Below are positions 16,970 through 25,207 of a stretch of 25,207 bases of DNA, one piece after another. Each line of letters opens with the position of its first letter. Positions within the stretch are counted from its first letter, which is position 1. A program made the position numbers and the translations under genes. The stretch is from a virus (lineage: Duplodnaviria > Caudoviricetes), in the IMG/VR virus record IMGVR_UViG_3300023172_000179, positions 1-25,207 of that record, one strand, 5' to 3'. The notes below the pieces were generated by a model. It was not told the origin of the DNA and searched no databases. It was given only the letters and a program-made list of their open reading frames with translations.

Positions 16970-17562
16970 TGGATGAAGATTTTAAAATAACTATAGATAG
17001 ATTGAAGTATCAACATAATATAGAAGATAAATATATACCTGCATTAATGATGACAGCTTATTATGAATCAGCACTTGACTTTGATGAAATAGGTTTAAAC
17101 AAAGATGAAGCAGGTAATGTCGTTAGTAAGGATATAGGATACTTTCAAATTAATGCTGCTAGTTTTTACGATAAGCAAGGAAATCCAGACCCTACATTAG
17201 AACGTTTCTTTTCAAAAATGGGTGATAAAAAAACATTATCACAAGAACAATTTGAAAAAAAATTATTAGGTGAAAAATATAATACAGCTTATGCTGCTCA
17301 TATAATTAAAGACTTTCACGAGTATAGTGTAAAAGACCCATTTGGTAAATGGAATGCATATACAGATTATGTAAGACCATTCTTACAAGGAGAACCTATT
17401 CCTGGTAAAACATTAGAAGAACAAGTTAATGGTATTAAAGCATATGTTGATGCTTATATGTATTTAAATGATTTAAAACAAATAGAAGAGTTTAAACCTT
17501 TTGTAAATAAAAAAGCTAAAGTATTAGATGGATTTATGGGAAAGATAAAAAACAATGGTTGA
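16969..17562 (+). CDS. Lytic transglycosylase / lysozyme-like virion protein
   Basis: Catalytic AYYES, DIGYFQIN, YNTAYAAHI and KWNAY motifs of the SLT/lysozyme-like fold. Confidence 0.8.
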   Translation: MDEDFKITIDRLKYQHNIEDKYIPALMMTAYYESALDFDEIGLNKDEAGNVVSKDIGYFQINAASFYDKQGNPDPTLERFFSKMGDKKTLSQEQFEKKLLGEKYNTAYAAHIIKDFHEYSVKDPFGKWNAYTDYVRPFLQGEPIPGKTLEEQVNGIKAYVDAYMYLNDLKQIEEFKPFVNKKAKVLDGFMGKIKNNG

Positions 17563-18808
17563 TAGAGCTTGGAAGTATTCAAATAAACCTACGCCAGATT
17601 TAGTATATTACGATGCTGATACTGGACATTATTATTATTTATATAGTGCTGGAGATTTCTTATCAGAAGATACTGATGAAGCAGTATATATATCATATGA
17701 TGTAGGTGTACAAAAACCACACGGATTAACTAATGATAGAAAGCTACCTCAAATAGTAACTACTGCACCAGGTATATTACTTGGTCATACTGCACTAACT
17801 GCATCTAACATATCTAGTAACTATGACGATATGGATGATTTTAATCCTGCTCAAATATTTGAAGAAACAATAGAACTGTATGAAGAGTATGCACCTTGGT
17901 TTTATGAAGTAACTAAAGATGAAGAAGGTAATGTTGTATCAGCACCAGGTATGTCTTTACTACTTGAACACCTATGGTTAAACAGACCAATAGATGAGAA
18001 TGACCCAAGACTAAAAGAATTAAAGATGCCTTATACAATAGGACAGATACAGTTTATCAATGCTGGTGGTTTAAAGAACAATGACTACAACACTAACTCA
18101 AGGTTAAGAGAACTTAGAGATGCTAGAACAGATGAGTTAAATGCAACTCTTACAAAGATTGGTATAAGTGTAGATAGTTTTGTAGAGGAAAACTTTGACC
18201 AGTATCAAAATCTTATAGAGCTATATACTCAAGGTTATTTGAATGCTGCTAACTTAGATGACTTTGTAAAGCATTACACAGGTATAGATGTATTATCTTC
18301 TGAAGATAGTAGGTACTTATCATTTAAGAATATTATAGAAGAACAAGTTGATGCACCGCTAAAATTTGATTTAGGTTCTTTAGATTTTAGAAAGAGTAAA
18401 GAAGCAGACAGACTAGGTATAAGATATCTTGGACAGCTTAAGTACAATACATTAGATGAAGATACTAAAAAAGAAATAGCATACTTAGTATCTACTGACC
18501 AATCTGATGTAGCTGAACAAAAGCTACAAACTATATTTGATAGTGACCCATACTTTGAAAGATTTGCAGGTAAAGGATTAAACTACGGACAAGTAGTAGG
18601 TCCATACAAACAGTTGTATACTTCTATATTTGGAGATGCACCTGATGAAAATGATACATTTATTTATGAAGTATTAGGTATGGGTTTTCAAGAGGCAGGT
18701 AAGTTTATGAGACAAAAAGCCTATGAAGTAGGTAATGAATACTTTGGAAGAACAGTTGCCACAGCTATGAATCAAGGCTTAGGTGGCAATGTGATAAGAG
18801 GAATATAA
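17555..18808 (+). CDS. Hypothetical (putative internal virion) protein
   Basis: 417-aa acidic ORF overlapping both neighbours in the virion operon. Confidence 0.6.
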   Translation: MVDRAWKYSNKPTPDLVYYDADTGHYYYLYSAGDFLSEDTDEAVYISYDVGVQKPHGLTNDRKLPQIVTTAPGILLGHTALTASNISSNYDDMDDFNPAQIFEETIELYEEYAPWFYEVTKDEEGNVVSAPGMSLLLEHLWLNRPIDENDPRLKELKMPYTIGQIQFINAGGLKNNDYNTNSRLRELRDARTDELNATLTKIGISVDSFVEENFDQYQNLIELYTQGYLNAANLDDFVKHYTGIDVLSSEDSRYLSFKNIIEEQVDAPLKFDLGSLDFRKSKEADRLGIRYLGQLKYNTLDEDTKKEIAYLVSTDQSDVAEQKLQTIFDSDPYFERFAGKGLNYGQVVGPYKQLYTSIFGDAPDENDTFIYEVLGMGFQEAGKFMRQKAYEVGNEYFGRTVATAMNQGLGGNVIRGI

Positions 18809-19899
18809 TGGCAACAAAACCTTTTGTAGACCCTAACGCACCTTACGGTGGTAGACAAGTAACTATCTATGGACCTAATGGGGAAGTTACTATTGCACAG
18901 CAATTTAGAAGAGAAGGAGAGGAAAAGTCTGAACTAGATAGATACTTAGATGACTTAGGTTATTCAAGAACAAGACCTAGTTCTGGTACTGGTACTCCAT
19001 CATCACAATCTACAGAAGATTCAATACAATTTACATCAGCACAAGCTCAAATACTTATGCCTTGGCTTACAAAACTTGCACCTGTAGAAGGTAAGAAACT
19101 TATAGATGAGTATGTGAAAGGTTATGTTGAAACAGGTGAGCCTACCTTTGCATTAGCAAAGATGCGTTCTAGTGATAGTTATGAAAAAGTATTTCCTGGT
19201 ATAACTAGAGACGATGGTTCTTTAAGAATGTCAGAAGCTACCTACTTGCAAAACAAAGAAGCAGTACTTATACACTTTAATGAATATGGTATTGGTGGAT
19301 ATGGAGCTCAAGTTATTGATACTTTGTTTCCTTCATTAGTAGAAGGTAACGTATCTCCAGATGAGATTTCTGCAAGATTATCTGTAACTGATAGGCAATT
19401 AGGTAATCTATCTCCTGACCAAAAGAGAAGTGTATTAAGTGCCTATGAAGAATATTACTCTACAGAACTTGGAGAAGTTATAGAGTTAGATGATGCAGCA
19501 CTTATACCATTAGTTATTGACCCAGAAATAAATGCACAGATATTAAATAGACAACTTAATGTAGCTAAGATAGGTAATCAATATCAACAAGTATCTGGTG
19601 CAGAAGCATCAAGGACTGCTATAGAAAGTTTAGTAGGTGCAGGTTTGCAAGCATCTGAATCTCAAAAAACATTTCAAGCTGCAGTTGATAGGGCTTTAAT
19701 TAGTTCTAGATTAGCAAGAAGACAACTTAGGACAGATGCACCTTCAGCTATGGAAATATTAGAATCTCAATACTTAGGTGACTTAGATACAACCCAGCAG
19801 TTACAATCTATACAAGCACAAGCTGCATCAGAATCAACAATACAATTTGGTGCTGCTAAAACTCAAGAAGGTGCAGTAACTGGCTTGACAGAAAAATAA
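18808..19899 (+). CDS. Hypothetical (putative internal virion) protein
   Basis: 363-aa ORF with TAATG coupling; Ala/Gln-rich helical C-terminus. Confidence 0.6.
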   Translation: MATKPFVDPNAPYGGRQVTIYGPNGEVTIAQQFRREGEEKSELDRYLDDLGYSRTRPSSGTGTPSSQSTEDSIQFTSAQAQILMPWLTKLAPVEGKKLIDEYVKGYVETGEPTFALAKMRSSDSYEKVFPGITRDDGSLRMSEATYLQNKEAVLIHFNEYGIGGYGAQVIDTLFPSLVEGNVSPDEISARLSVTDRQLGNLSPDQKRSVLSAYEEYYSTELGEVIELDDAALIPLVIDPEINAQILNRQLNVAKIGNQYQQVSGAEASRTAIESLVGAGLQASESQKTFQAAVDRALISSRLARRQLRTDAPSAMEILESQYLGDLDTTQQLQSIQAQAASESTIQFGAAKTQEGAVTGLTEK

Positions 19900-19911
19900 T
19901 TCTGCTATAAT
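19885..19911 (+). promoter_or_regulatory. Sigma70-type promoter for the scaffold/capsid operon
   Basis: TTGACA 19885-19890, 15-nt spacer, extended -10 TGcTATAAT 19903-19911. Confidence 0.7.
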
Positions 19912-19917
19912 AAGTTT

Positions 19918-20050
19918 AGTGCCTGACAGGTCGGCAGATTAAATATAGGGCTGTAAATGCGATAGCACCACCAAGGTGTGTTATCTGGCGTTCGTAAACC
20001 CTTGTGTAAAATCCCTTTAATTACCTAGCGATTAATACTATGGGATATTT
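19918..20050 (+). promoter_or_regulatory. Structured 5' leader of the scaffold/capsid mRNA
   Basis: Hairpin GATAGCA 19961-19967 / TGTTATC 19979-19985; AGGG/CCCT enclosing pair; ATCCC 20011-20015 / GGGAT 20042-20046 with inner TTAAT/ATTAA. Confidence 0.4.
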
Positions 20051-20077
20051 TATATGCTAGAGAAGATGGAGATAATA

Positions 20078-20545
20078 ATGGAAGAAATACAACAAGAGAT
20101 AAATACTACAGAATCAATAGATGATTCTACTGATGGTATTAAACAACTTAGAGAAGAGTATAAAAAGCTAAAGGCAGAGAACAAACAGTTCAAAGCTAGT
20201 GCTATGAATAATGCTTTAAGTTCTTTAGGACTACAAGCAGATAAAGGTATAGGAAAAGCTGTTACAAAACTCTATGATGGTGATGTCAGCGTAGAAGCAA
20301 TCAAAGAATTTGTTGCTCAAGAGTTTGGAGAAGTTAGTAGTTCTGAACAACCTAGCAATAATGTAACTAATAATGTAGTTGAAGCTCAATCTAGAGTTGA
20401 GCAATTAAATCAACTTGGTGTAAATGCTGAACCTACTGATATAAGTCAGGAGTTTAGAAAATTCGTTAGTAATCCAGACATAAGTACAAGAGATAAAATC
20501 AACGCAAAACTGCGTATGATTGATACTTTAAAAGACAATAAATAA
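20078..20545 (+). CDS. Capsid scaffolding protein
   Basis: Acidic N-terminus and coiled coil (IKQLREEYKKLKAEN), directly upstream of the MCP; ATG 20078 has a GGAG SD (track start is 20054). Confidence 0.7.
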   Translation: MEEIQQEINTTESIDDSTDGIKQLREEYKKLKAENKQFKASAMNNALSSLGLQADKGIGKAVTKLYDGDVSVEAIKEFVAQEFGEVSSSEQPSNNVTNNVVEAQSRVEQLNQLGVNAEPTDISQEFRKFVSNPDISTRDKINAKLRMIDTLKDNK

Positions 20546-20564
20546 TTTATAGGAGAAGATAATA

Positions 20565-21695
20565 ATGGCAGATATAACATTAACTAATAATACGTTATAT
20601 GCACAAAACATTAATAACTTTACTGGTGAATTGTTTAAAGTTGGTGGTCAAAGAACACCTTTCACTTCTGCTGTTGGCGGTATTAGTGGTGGTGGTAAAA
20701 GCATTCAATCTACATTCTGGCAATTCCAGGTTGAAGATAATGCTGTTATCTCATCCGAGCCTACAAAAGGACAAGAAGGTTCTACACCTACAGAATATCT
20801 TGGAAGAGACAGAGCTGCATACACTTATGTAACTCAAATTTTCCACAAGGGTGTACAAATGACTTACACAGCTTTGGCATCTACTCAAAATCAAAACCCA
20901 TTTGATTTATCAGCAAACATTGCTAACGCCTCTGACGGAGACGGAACAACAACTGCTGGTGATAAACTAGGTTTGTTTGGCGGTAGCCCAGTAAGTGATG
21001 AGTTTGCTTTCCAAATGGAGAAAGCAATGGAAAAATTAGCAAGAGAAGTTGAATGGTTTGCATTCAATGGTACATTCTCTGATGGTGCTAACACAACACC
21101 AGGTTCAGGTACACGTGAAATGCGTGGACTTAAAGAATGGTGTGAGCTAAATGCTAATGCATCTAACTCTGTAGCACCAGTCGCAACTGGCGGTAACATC
21201 TATTACAACGATACAGTTGGTGATGGTTCAGGTACAGCTCAAGTTCTTTCTTGGGATGCAATCGCAGAATCATTAAAGAGACTATATGATGCTCACGCAC
21301 CAATGTCTAATCCAGTTCTTGTAGTTAATCCAAAGCAAATGCTTGACCTTAACAAAGAATTGATTTCTAACTCTTTAAGTGGCACATTAGCTGCTATCTT
21401 ACCAAGAGATAGAAACGTTGGTGGTGTCGATATCGACACAATCGTGACACCATTTGGTTCAGTTGGAATGATGGTCGTAGACCCTAACATCCTTCCTGCT
21501 GATACTGCATTTATTGCAGACTTGTCTTACATTAGCCCAGTCTTTACAAATATCCCTGGATACGGAACAGTATTCGTAAGAGATATTGACCAAGATGCTA
21601 ATGCAAGAATTGGTAAAGCGATATATATGGAGATGGGATTCGAGTTCGGACCTCCTTCATATCATCTTAAAATTGCTGGAGCTGACTCAGCTTAA
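20565..21695 (+). CDS. Major capsid protein (HK97 fold, SU10-MCP/DUF5309-like)
   Basis: TPFTSAVG, TQIFHKGVQMT, FQMEKAMEKLAREVE..FNG and REMRGL motifs; 376 aa; follows the scaffold and is followed by a terminator. Confidence 0.88.
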   Translation: MADITLTNNTLYAQNINNFTGELFKVGGQRTPFTSAVGGISGGGKSIQSTFWQFQVEDNAVISSEPTKGQEGSTPTEYLGRDRAAYTYVTQIFHKGVQMTYTALASTQNQNPFDLSANIANASDGDGTTTAGDKLGLFGGSPVSDEFAFQMEKAMEKLAREVEWFAFNGTFSDGANTTPGSGTREMRGLKEWCELNANASNSVAPVATGGNIYYNDTVGDGSGTAQVLSWDAIAESLKRLYDAHAPMSNPVLVVNPKQMLDLNKELISNSLSGTLAAILPRDRNVGGVDIDTIVTPFGSVGMMVVDPNILPADTAFIADLSYISPVFTNIPGYGTVFVRDIDQDANARIGKAIYMEMGFEFGPPSYHLKIAGADSA

Positions 21696-21709
21696 GTAAT
21701 ATTAATTTT

Positions 21710-21747
21710 CAAGATTAGGGTGGAACTCCACCTCCACCCTTTTCTTG
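21710..21747 (+). terminator. Rho-independent terminator after the MCP
   Basis: AGGGTGGA 21717-21724 / TCCACCCT 21733-21740 stem followed by TTTCTT; extendable by CAAGA/TCTTG. Confidence 0.75.
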
Positions 21748-21756
21748 TGCTATCAT
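21748..21756 (+). promoter_or_regulatory. Putative extended -10 promoter for the tail genes
   Basis: TGcTATCAT just after the terminator, 8 nt before ATG 21765. Confidence 0.45.
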
Positions 21757-21764
21757 AGGTTGAA

Positions 21765-22763
21765 ATGAGCAATAATATAGGAAACCTTGTTGATAGAGTC
21801 TATCGAGAATACTTAGAACCAAATGATGATGTACAATCATTTTCTGTTTTAAGAGATACTTTAGATGCAGATTCAACAGACACAATCGTACAATACGAAT
21901 CAGAATATTTAACATCAGAAGAAGAAGATGCTATGGAAGCAGGTGCTTTTATAGAAGTCGGTAAAGAACTTATGTTGGTTACTGATTTAAATACTTCTGC
22001 TGAACAAATAACAGTAAAGAGAGCAGTTAGGGGTACGCCCTTAGAAACACACGCTATTGATGATTTAATTAAAATCAATCCAGTATTTCCAAGAAAGAAT
22101 GTATTTGATGCTGTGTGTGACCAAATTAAGAATTTATATCCTACATTATTTGCAGTAGAAACTAAATCAATAACATCTAAAACAGGATACATTCCTTTAG
22201 ATGGAGCAAATGATAATTATTTAATAGCACCTATTAAAGCTATATCACAGTACACAGACTTTTCTGCTGGTTCAGATGAAACTGGAACTATATTTGCTGG
22301 TGTTGCCGTAGAGCTAGTTGATTTACCAAATCCTTTTACATATACAAATGCTAGTGGTACAGAAGTTACTGTTACATATAGCAACAATGGACCTAACAAA
22401 GTAAATGCTATTCAGATTTATAATGTAGATGCAGGTCATCAAGTACACGTTACTTTTAAAAAGAAGTTTGTTACACCTACATCTGAAGACGATACACTTA
22501 CAACCATTGGTATGGAAGATGAATATGAACCTATAGTTATGGCTGGTGTTGCTGCACAAATAATTGCAGGTAGAGATATACCTACTGCAACTGTAGAGAA
22601 TATTACTCAAGCTATGCAAATACAAAACTTTCCTGTGAACTCTGCAACAAATATTAGAAACTCTTTATTGTCATATCAAAGAGTATTAATACAACAAGCA
22701 CGAAAGGATTTAAGAGCTAGGTTTCCAGAGCCAGTAACAATTAACAAGATAAGTTATACATAA
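21765..22763 (+). CDS. Putative head-tail adaptor (tail tubular protein A-like)
   Basis: Position after the MCP; N-terminal LVDRV helix, FDAVCDQI helix, beta-rich middle, C-terminal helices. Confidence 0.6.
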   Translation: MSNNIGNLVDRVYREYLEPNDDVQSFSVLRDTLDADSTDTIVQYESEYLTSEEEDAMEAGAFIEVGKELMLVTDLNTSAEQITVKRAVRGTPLETHAIDDLIKINPVFPRKNVFDAVCDQIKNLYPTLFAVETKSITSKTGYIPLDGANDNYLIAPIKAISQYTDFSAGSDETGTIFAGVAVELVDLPNPFTYTNASGTEVTVTYSNNGPNKVNAIQIYNVDAGHQVHVTFKKKFVTPTSEDDTLTTIGMEDEYEPIVMAGVAAQIIAGRDIPTATVENITQAMQIQNFPVNSATNIRNSLLSYQRVLIQQARKDLRARFPEPVTINKISYT

Positions 22764-24733
22764 TGGCTAGAGTACCTTTAGTTTCTAATACAGAAAATCC
22801 TAAAAGAAAAGGATATGATTTAGCTTTAGATGATTTATTATTTAGAACTGCTGTAGCACCGAATAGACAATTAACTATTTCCTCTGCTGAATTTCCAGAA
22901 CAACAAATAAACCTAACACAAAATCCAGAAGATATTACTACAAACGTTGGTCAAATATTTTCTAGGTCAAACTTTAGTGGTGGACAAGGATTAGATTCAG
23001 CACATCAAAGAAATAATAGTGTTACAGATACCACTAGATATTATGACAGCAAAGGTGTTGATGTATTTCACGGAGATGAAACAAGTAGTTATAAAGTTCA
23101 TTTGCTATATACAACTGAAGATTTAGATGTACAAGGTTCAGAAACAACATTTAATTCTACTAATAACTACTTAGTAAGAACTGATAATGGTAATTTATGG
23201 GTAGTAGATGATGATGAAGTATTAGTTAGTACAGATGATGGCGATACTTGGAGTAACTCTGTAACTGCAACTTATACTATTACAGGTATTGTAGCTTATG
23301 GTAATCAAATATTTATAACAGCAGGTAGTGGAACTAATGCAGAAATACAACATTACGATGGTAGTTCTTGGTCTATTGAATCACTAGGCTCTTACTTAAC
23401 AGGATATTTAACAGGCGTTTATTATTCTAAAGGAACATTGTTTATTACTGGTAAATCAAGTTCTGATGTTTATTACTTATGGCACGCAGACCCAATACAA
23501 AAAAACTTTAATAATCAATTTACAACTTCATCATCTAATTTAATAGTTACTGCTGAAAATGATTTTACTGCTGGTGTAGATGCTGGTGCAGTTACTTTAA
23601 TTAGTAACGAAAACGGAATAGTTTATTCTATCAAAGATGTATCTGGTACGCCTACTCTACAAGGGCAAACTAAAATTCATTTTGAAAGAATACATTCGTT
23701 AGCTGCAGCAGAAGGAATTATATTTATAGGTACACAAGAAGTATCAAGAACTGTAGGAAGATTTTATCGTGCAGATTTAACTGTAGCTGATGACTTGTAT
23801 GTCTTAGCTAATAGACAATTAATTAAAGAATGGATTGTTTCTGGAAAAGATACTTGCCCTCATTCTATGTTTGTTAGTAGAGATAGTGTTTATATGGGAG
23901 TACACGAAGCAGATAATGAAATGTATTTATGGAGATATTATTTACCTACTGCAGGATTAGCTAGAGATTTAAAAACTAGCGGTAATGGTTTATGTATGGG
24001 AATAACACAAGCTAATGGTAAGTTTGTTATTTCATCTGCTGGTTCTGATTTATATAAAGAAACATCTACTTATGAAAGTTCAGGTTATATTATATTACCT
24101 AACGCAGATTTCTTTACTTCAGAAGATAAACAATGGGTTGGTGTAGAAGTAGAACATAATGAACTTGGTAATGGTAAGAAAGTAGAGATATACGTTACTA
24201 CTACATTTGATAAGATAGATGAACCTGATAGTGCTTCTTGGGAATTAATTGGAGAATCAGTATCAGGTACAGGTGGTGTTGAGTATCAGCTAAACAGAAA
24301 TGCTAGATATATAAATGCAAAAGTAATACTAGAACCAAATGTAACTGCAACAGAAAGCCCAGAGTTTAGAGGTATATCTATTAGAGCTTTGCCTAGACCT
24401 GAACTTGTTGTAGTAACTGTACCTATAAATTTATCTGACCAAATAGAACGACCAAGAAGAAAAGCCTTTAAGGTTAAAAACCTAGGAGAAGTTATATATC
24501 AAACTCTTAAACAGAAAGAAGGAGATTCTGTAACTTTGACTTTGTACGAACCTAGCGAAATAATTAGGGGTGTGGTAGAATCTGTACAGTACCCAATCTC
24601 TGAAAGGTCAGAGGTAGGTTCTGTAACACAGTTTTGCTTACTTAGAGTGCGTGGTGTGAGAGCAGAGGATGCTGCTACAATAGTAACAAGATTACTTGGT
24701 GTAGGACAATTAGGAGTAGCAGGATTAGGATAA
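22763..24733 (+). CDS. Putative tail nozzle / tubular protein B-like beta-propeller
   Basis: 656 aa, beta-rich; FSGGQG near the N-terminus; Asp-box STDDGDTW; follows the adaptor with TAATG coupling. Confidence 0.6.
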   Translation: MARVPLVSNTENPKRKGYDLALDDLLFRTAVAPNRQLTISSAEFPEQQINLTQNPEDITTNVGQIFSRSNFSGGQGLDSAHQRNNSVTDTTRYYDSKGVDVFHGDETSSYKVHLLYTTEDLDVQGSETTFNSTNNYLVRTDNGNLWVVDDDEVLVSTDDGDTWSNSVTATYTITGIVAYGNQIFITAGSGTNAEIQHYDGSSWSIESLGSYLTGYLTGVYYSKGTLFITGKSSSDVYYLWHADPIQKNFNNQFTTSSSNLIVTAENDFTAGVDAGAVTLISNENGIVYSIKDVSGTPTLQGQTKIHFERIHSLAAAEGIIFIGTQEVSRTVGRFYRADLTVADDLYVLANRQLIKEWIVSGKDTCPHSMFVSRDSVYMGVHEADNEMYLWRYYLPTAGLARDLKTSGNGLCMGITQANGKFVISSAGSDLYKETSTYESSGYIILPNADFFTSEDKQWVGVEVEHNELGNGKKVEIYVTTTFDKIDEPDSASWELIGESVSGTGGVEYQLNRNARYINAKVILEPNVTATESPEFRGISIRALPRPELVVVTVPINLSDQIERPRRKAFKVKNLGEVIYQTLKQKEGDSVTLTLYEPSEIIRGVVESVQYPISERSEVGSVTQFCLLRVRGVRAEDAATIVTRLLGVGQLGVAGLG

Positions 24734-24734
24734 G

Positions 24735-25207
24735 ATGGTAGCTCAAAAAACTATATTACAAAACGCATATGAAACAACTTTAAGTACTGCAGTTGGTGCA
24801 ACTGCAGCAGAAGTAACATTAACTGTTGCCTCTGCACCTGTGGGTTCACCGAGTGCAAGCAACCCAATGTACTTAGTATTAGACCCAGATTCAGATGCAA
24901 CAAGAGAATACGTAAAGGTAACTTCAAGAAGTGGTGCAACACTAACAGTTGTAAGAAATATTGACACAGATTCAGGTGGATTAAATGCACACGCTGTAGG
25001 CGCTAAAATCAGAATGGTTGCTATGAAGCAACACTTTGATGATTTAAATGACAGAGTAGATACCATAATAAATGCAGATGGTACAGAAGTTGTAACTACA
25101 GGTGTAGTCAAAGATGAAGATGATTTAGCATCTGATAGCGATACACATTTAGCTACACAACAATCAATTAAAGCATATGTAGATAGTCAAGTAGCTAGTA
25201 AAGATGA
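24735..25207 (+). CDS. Tail fibre protein, 5' part (truncated by window; absent from ORF track)
   Basis: Open from ATG 24735 to the window end: MVAQKTILQNAYETTL...KDEDDLASDSDTHLATQQSIKAYVD, a motif typical of marine phage fibre proteins. Confidence 0.75.
   Translation, partial: MVAQKTILQNAYETTLSTAVGATAAEVTLTVASAPVGSPSASNPMYLVLDPDSDATREYVKVTSRSGATLTVVRNIDTDSGGLNAHAVGAKIRMVAMKQHFDDLNDRVDTIINADGTEVVTTGVVKDEDDLASDSDTHLATQQSIKAYVDSQVASKD

Noticed and set aside
20599-20832. Alternative-frame 77-aa ORF inside the MCP
   Set aside because: Leu/Val-rich off-frame artefact of codon bias; no RBS
1199-24990. All minus-strand ORFs in the track (e.g. 3373-3843, 5341-5628, 10715-11026, 11120-11491, 20891-21199, 21800-22192, 24751-24990)
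   Set aside because: Antisense shadows of well-supported + strand genes, with Ser/Phe/Ile-rich composition typical of reverse frames
24743-25111. Minus-strand 122-aa ORF
   Set aside because: Shadow of the truncated + strand tail-fibre gene starting at 24735

Overview
AT-rich (roughly one-third GC by eye) packaging and virion module of a tailed dsDNA bacteriophage with podovirus-like organisation. All credible genes are on the + strand and many are translationally coupled. Order: ~820 bp non-coding region with repeats; SET-domain methyltransferase; PD-(D/E)XK nuclease; Zn-ribbon protein and a run of small Lys/Arg-rich proteins; terminase large subunit with an N-terminal Zn-finger/HTH extension; portal; two small ORFs; a 2851-aa putative internal (ejection) protein; four further putative internal proteins including a lytic transglycosylase; scaffold; major capsid protein; head-tail adaptor; nozzle-like tail protein; truncated tail-fibre gene. 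Two candidate systems stand out. (1) The giant protein appears to carry NADAR-like, ASCH, split SLOG (cpYpsA) and macrodomain-like modules, i.e. a possible injected ADP-ribose/NAD counter-defence toolkit. (2) A minimal SET lysine methyltransferase sits just upstream of histone-tail-like basic microproteins and the terminase. All domain calls come from motif recognition by eye, not from searches.
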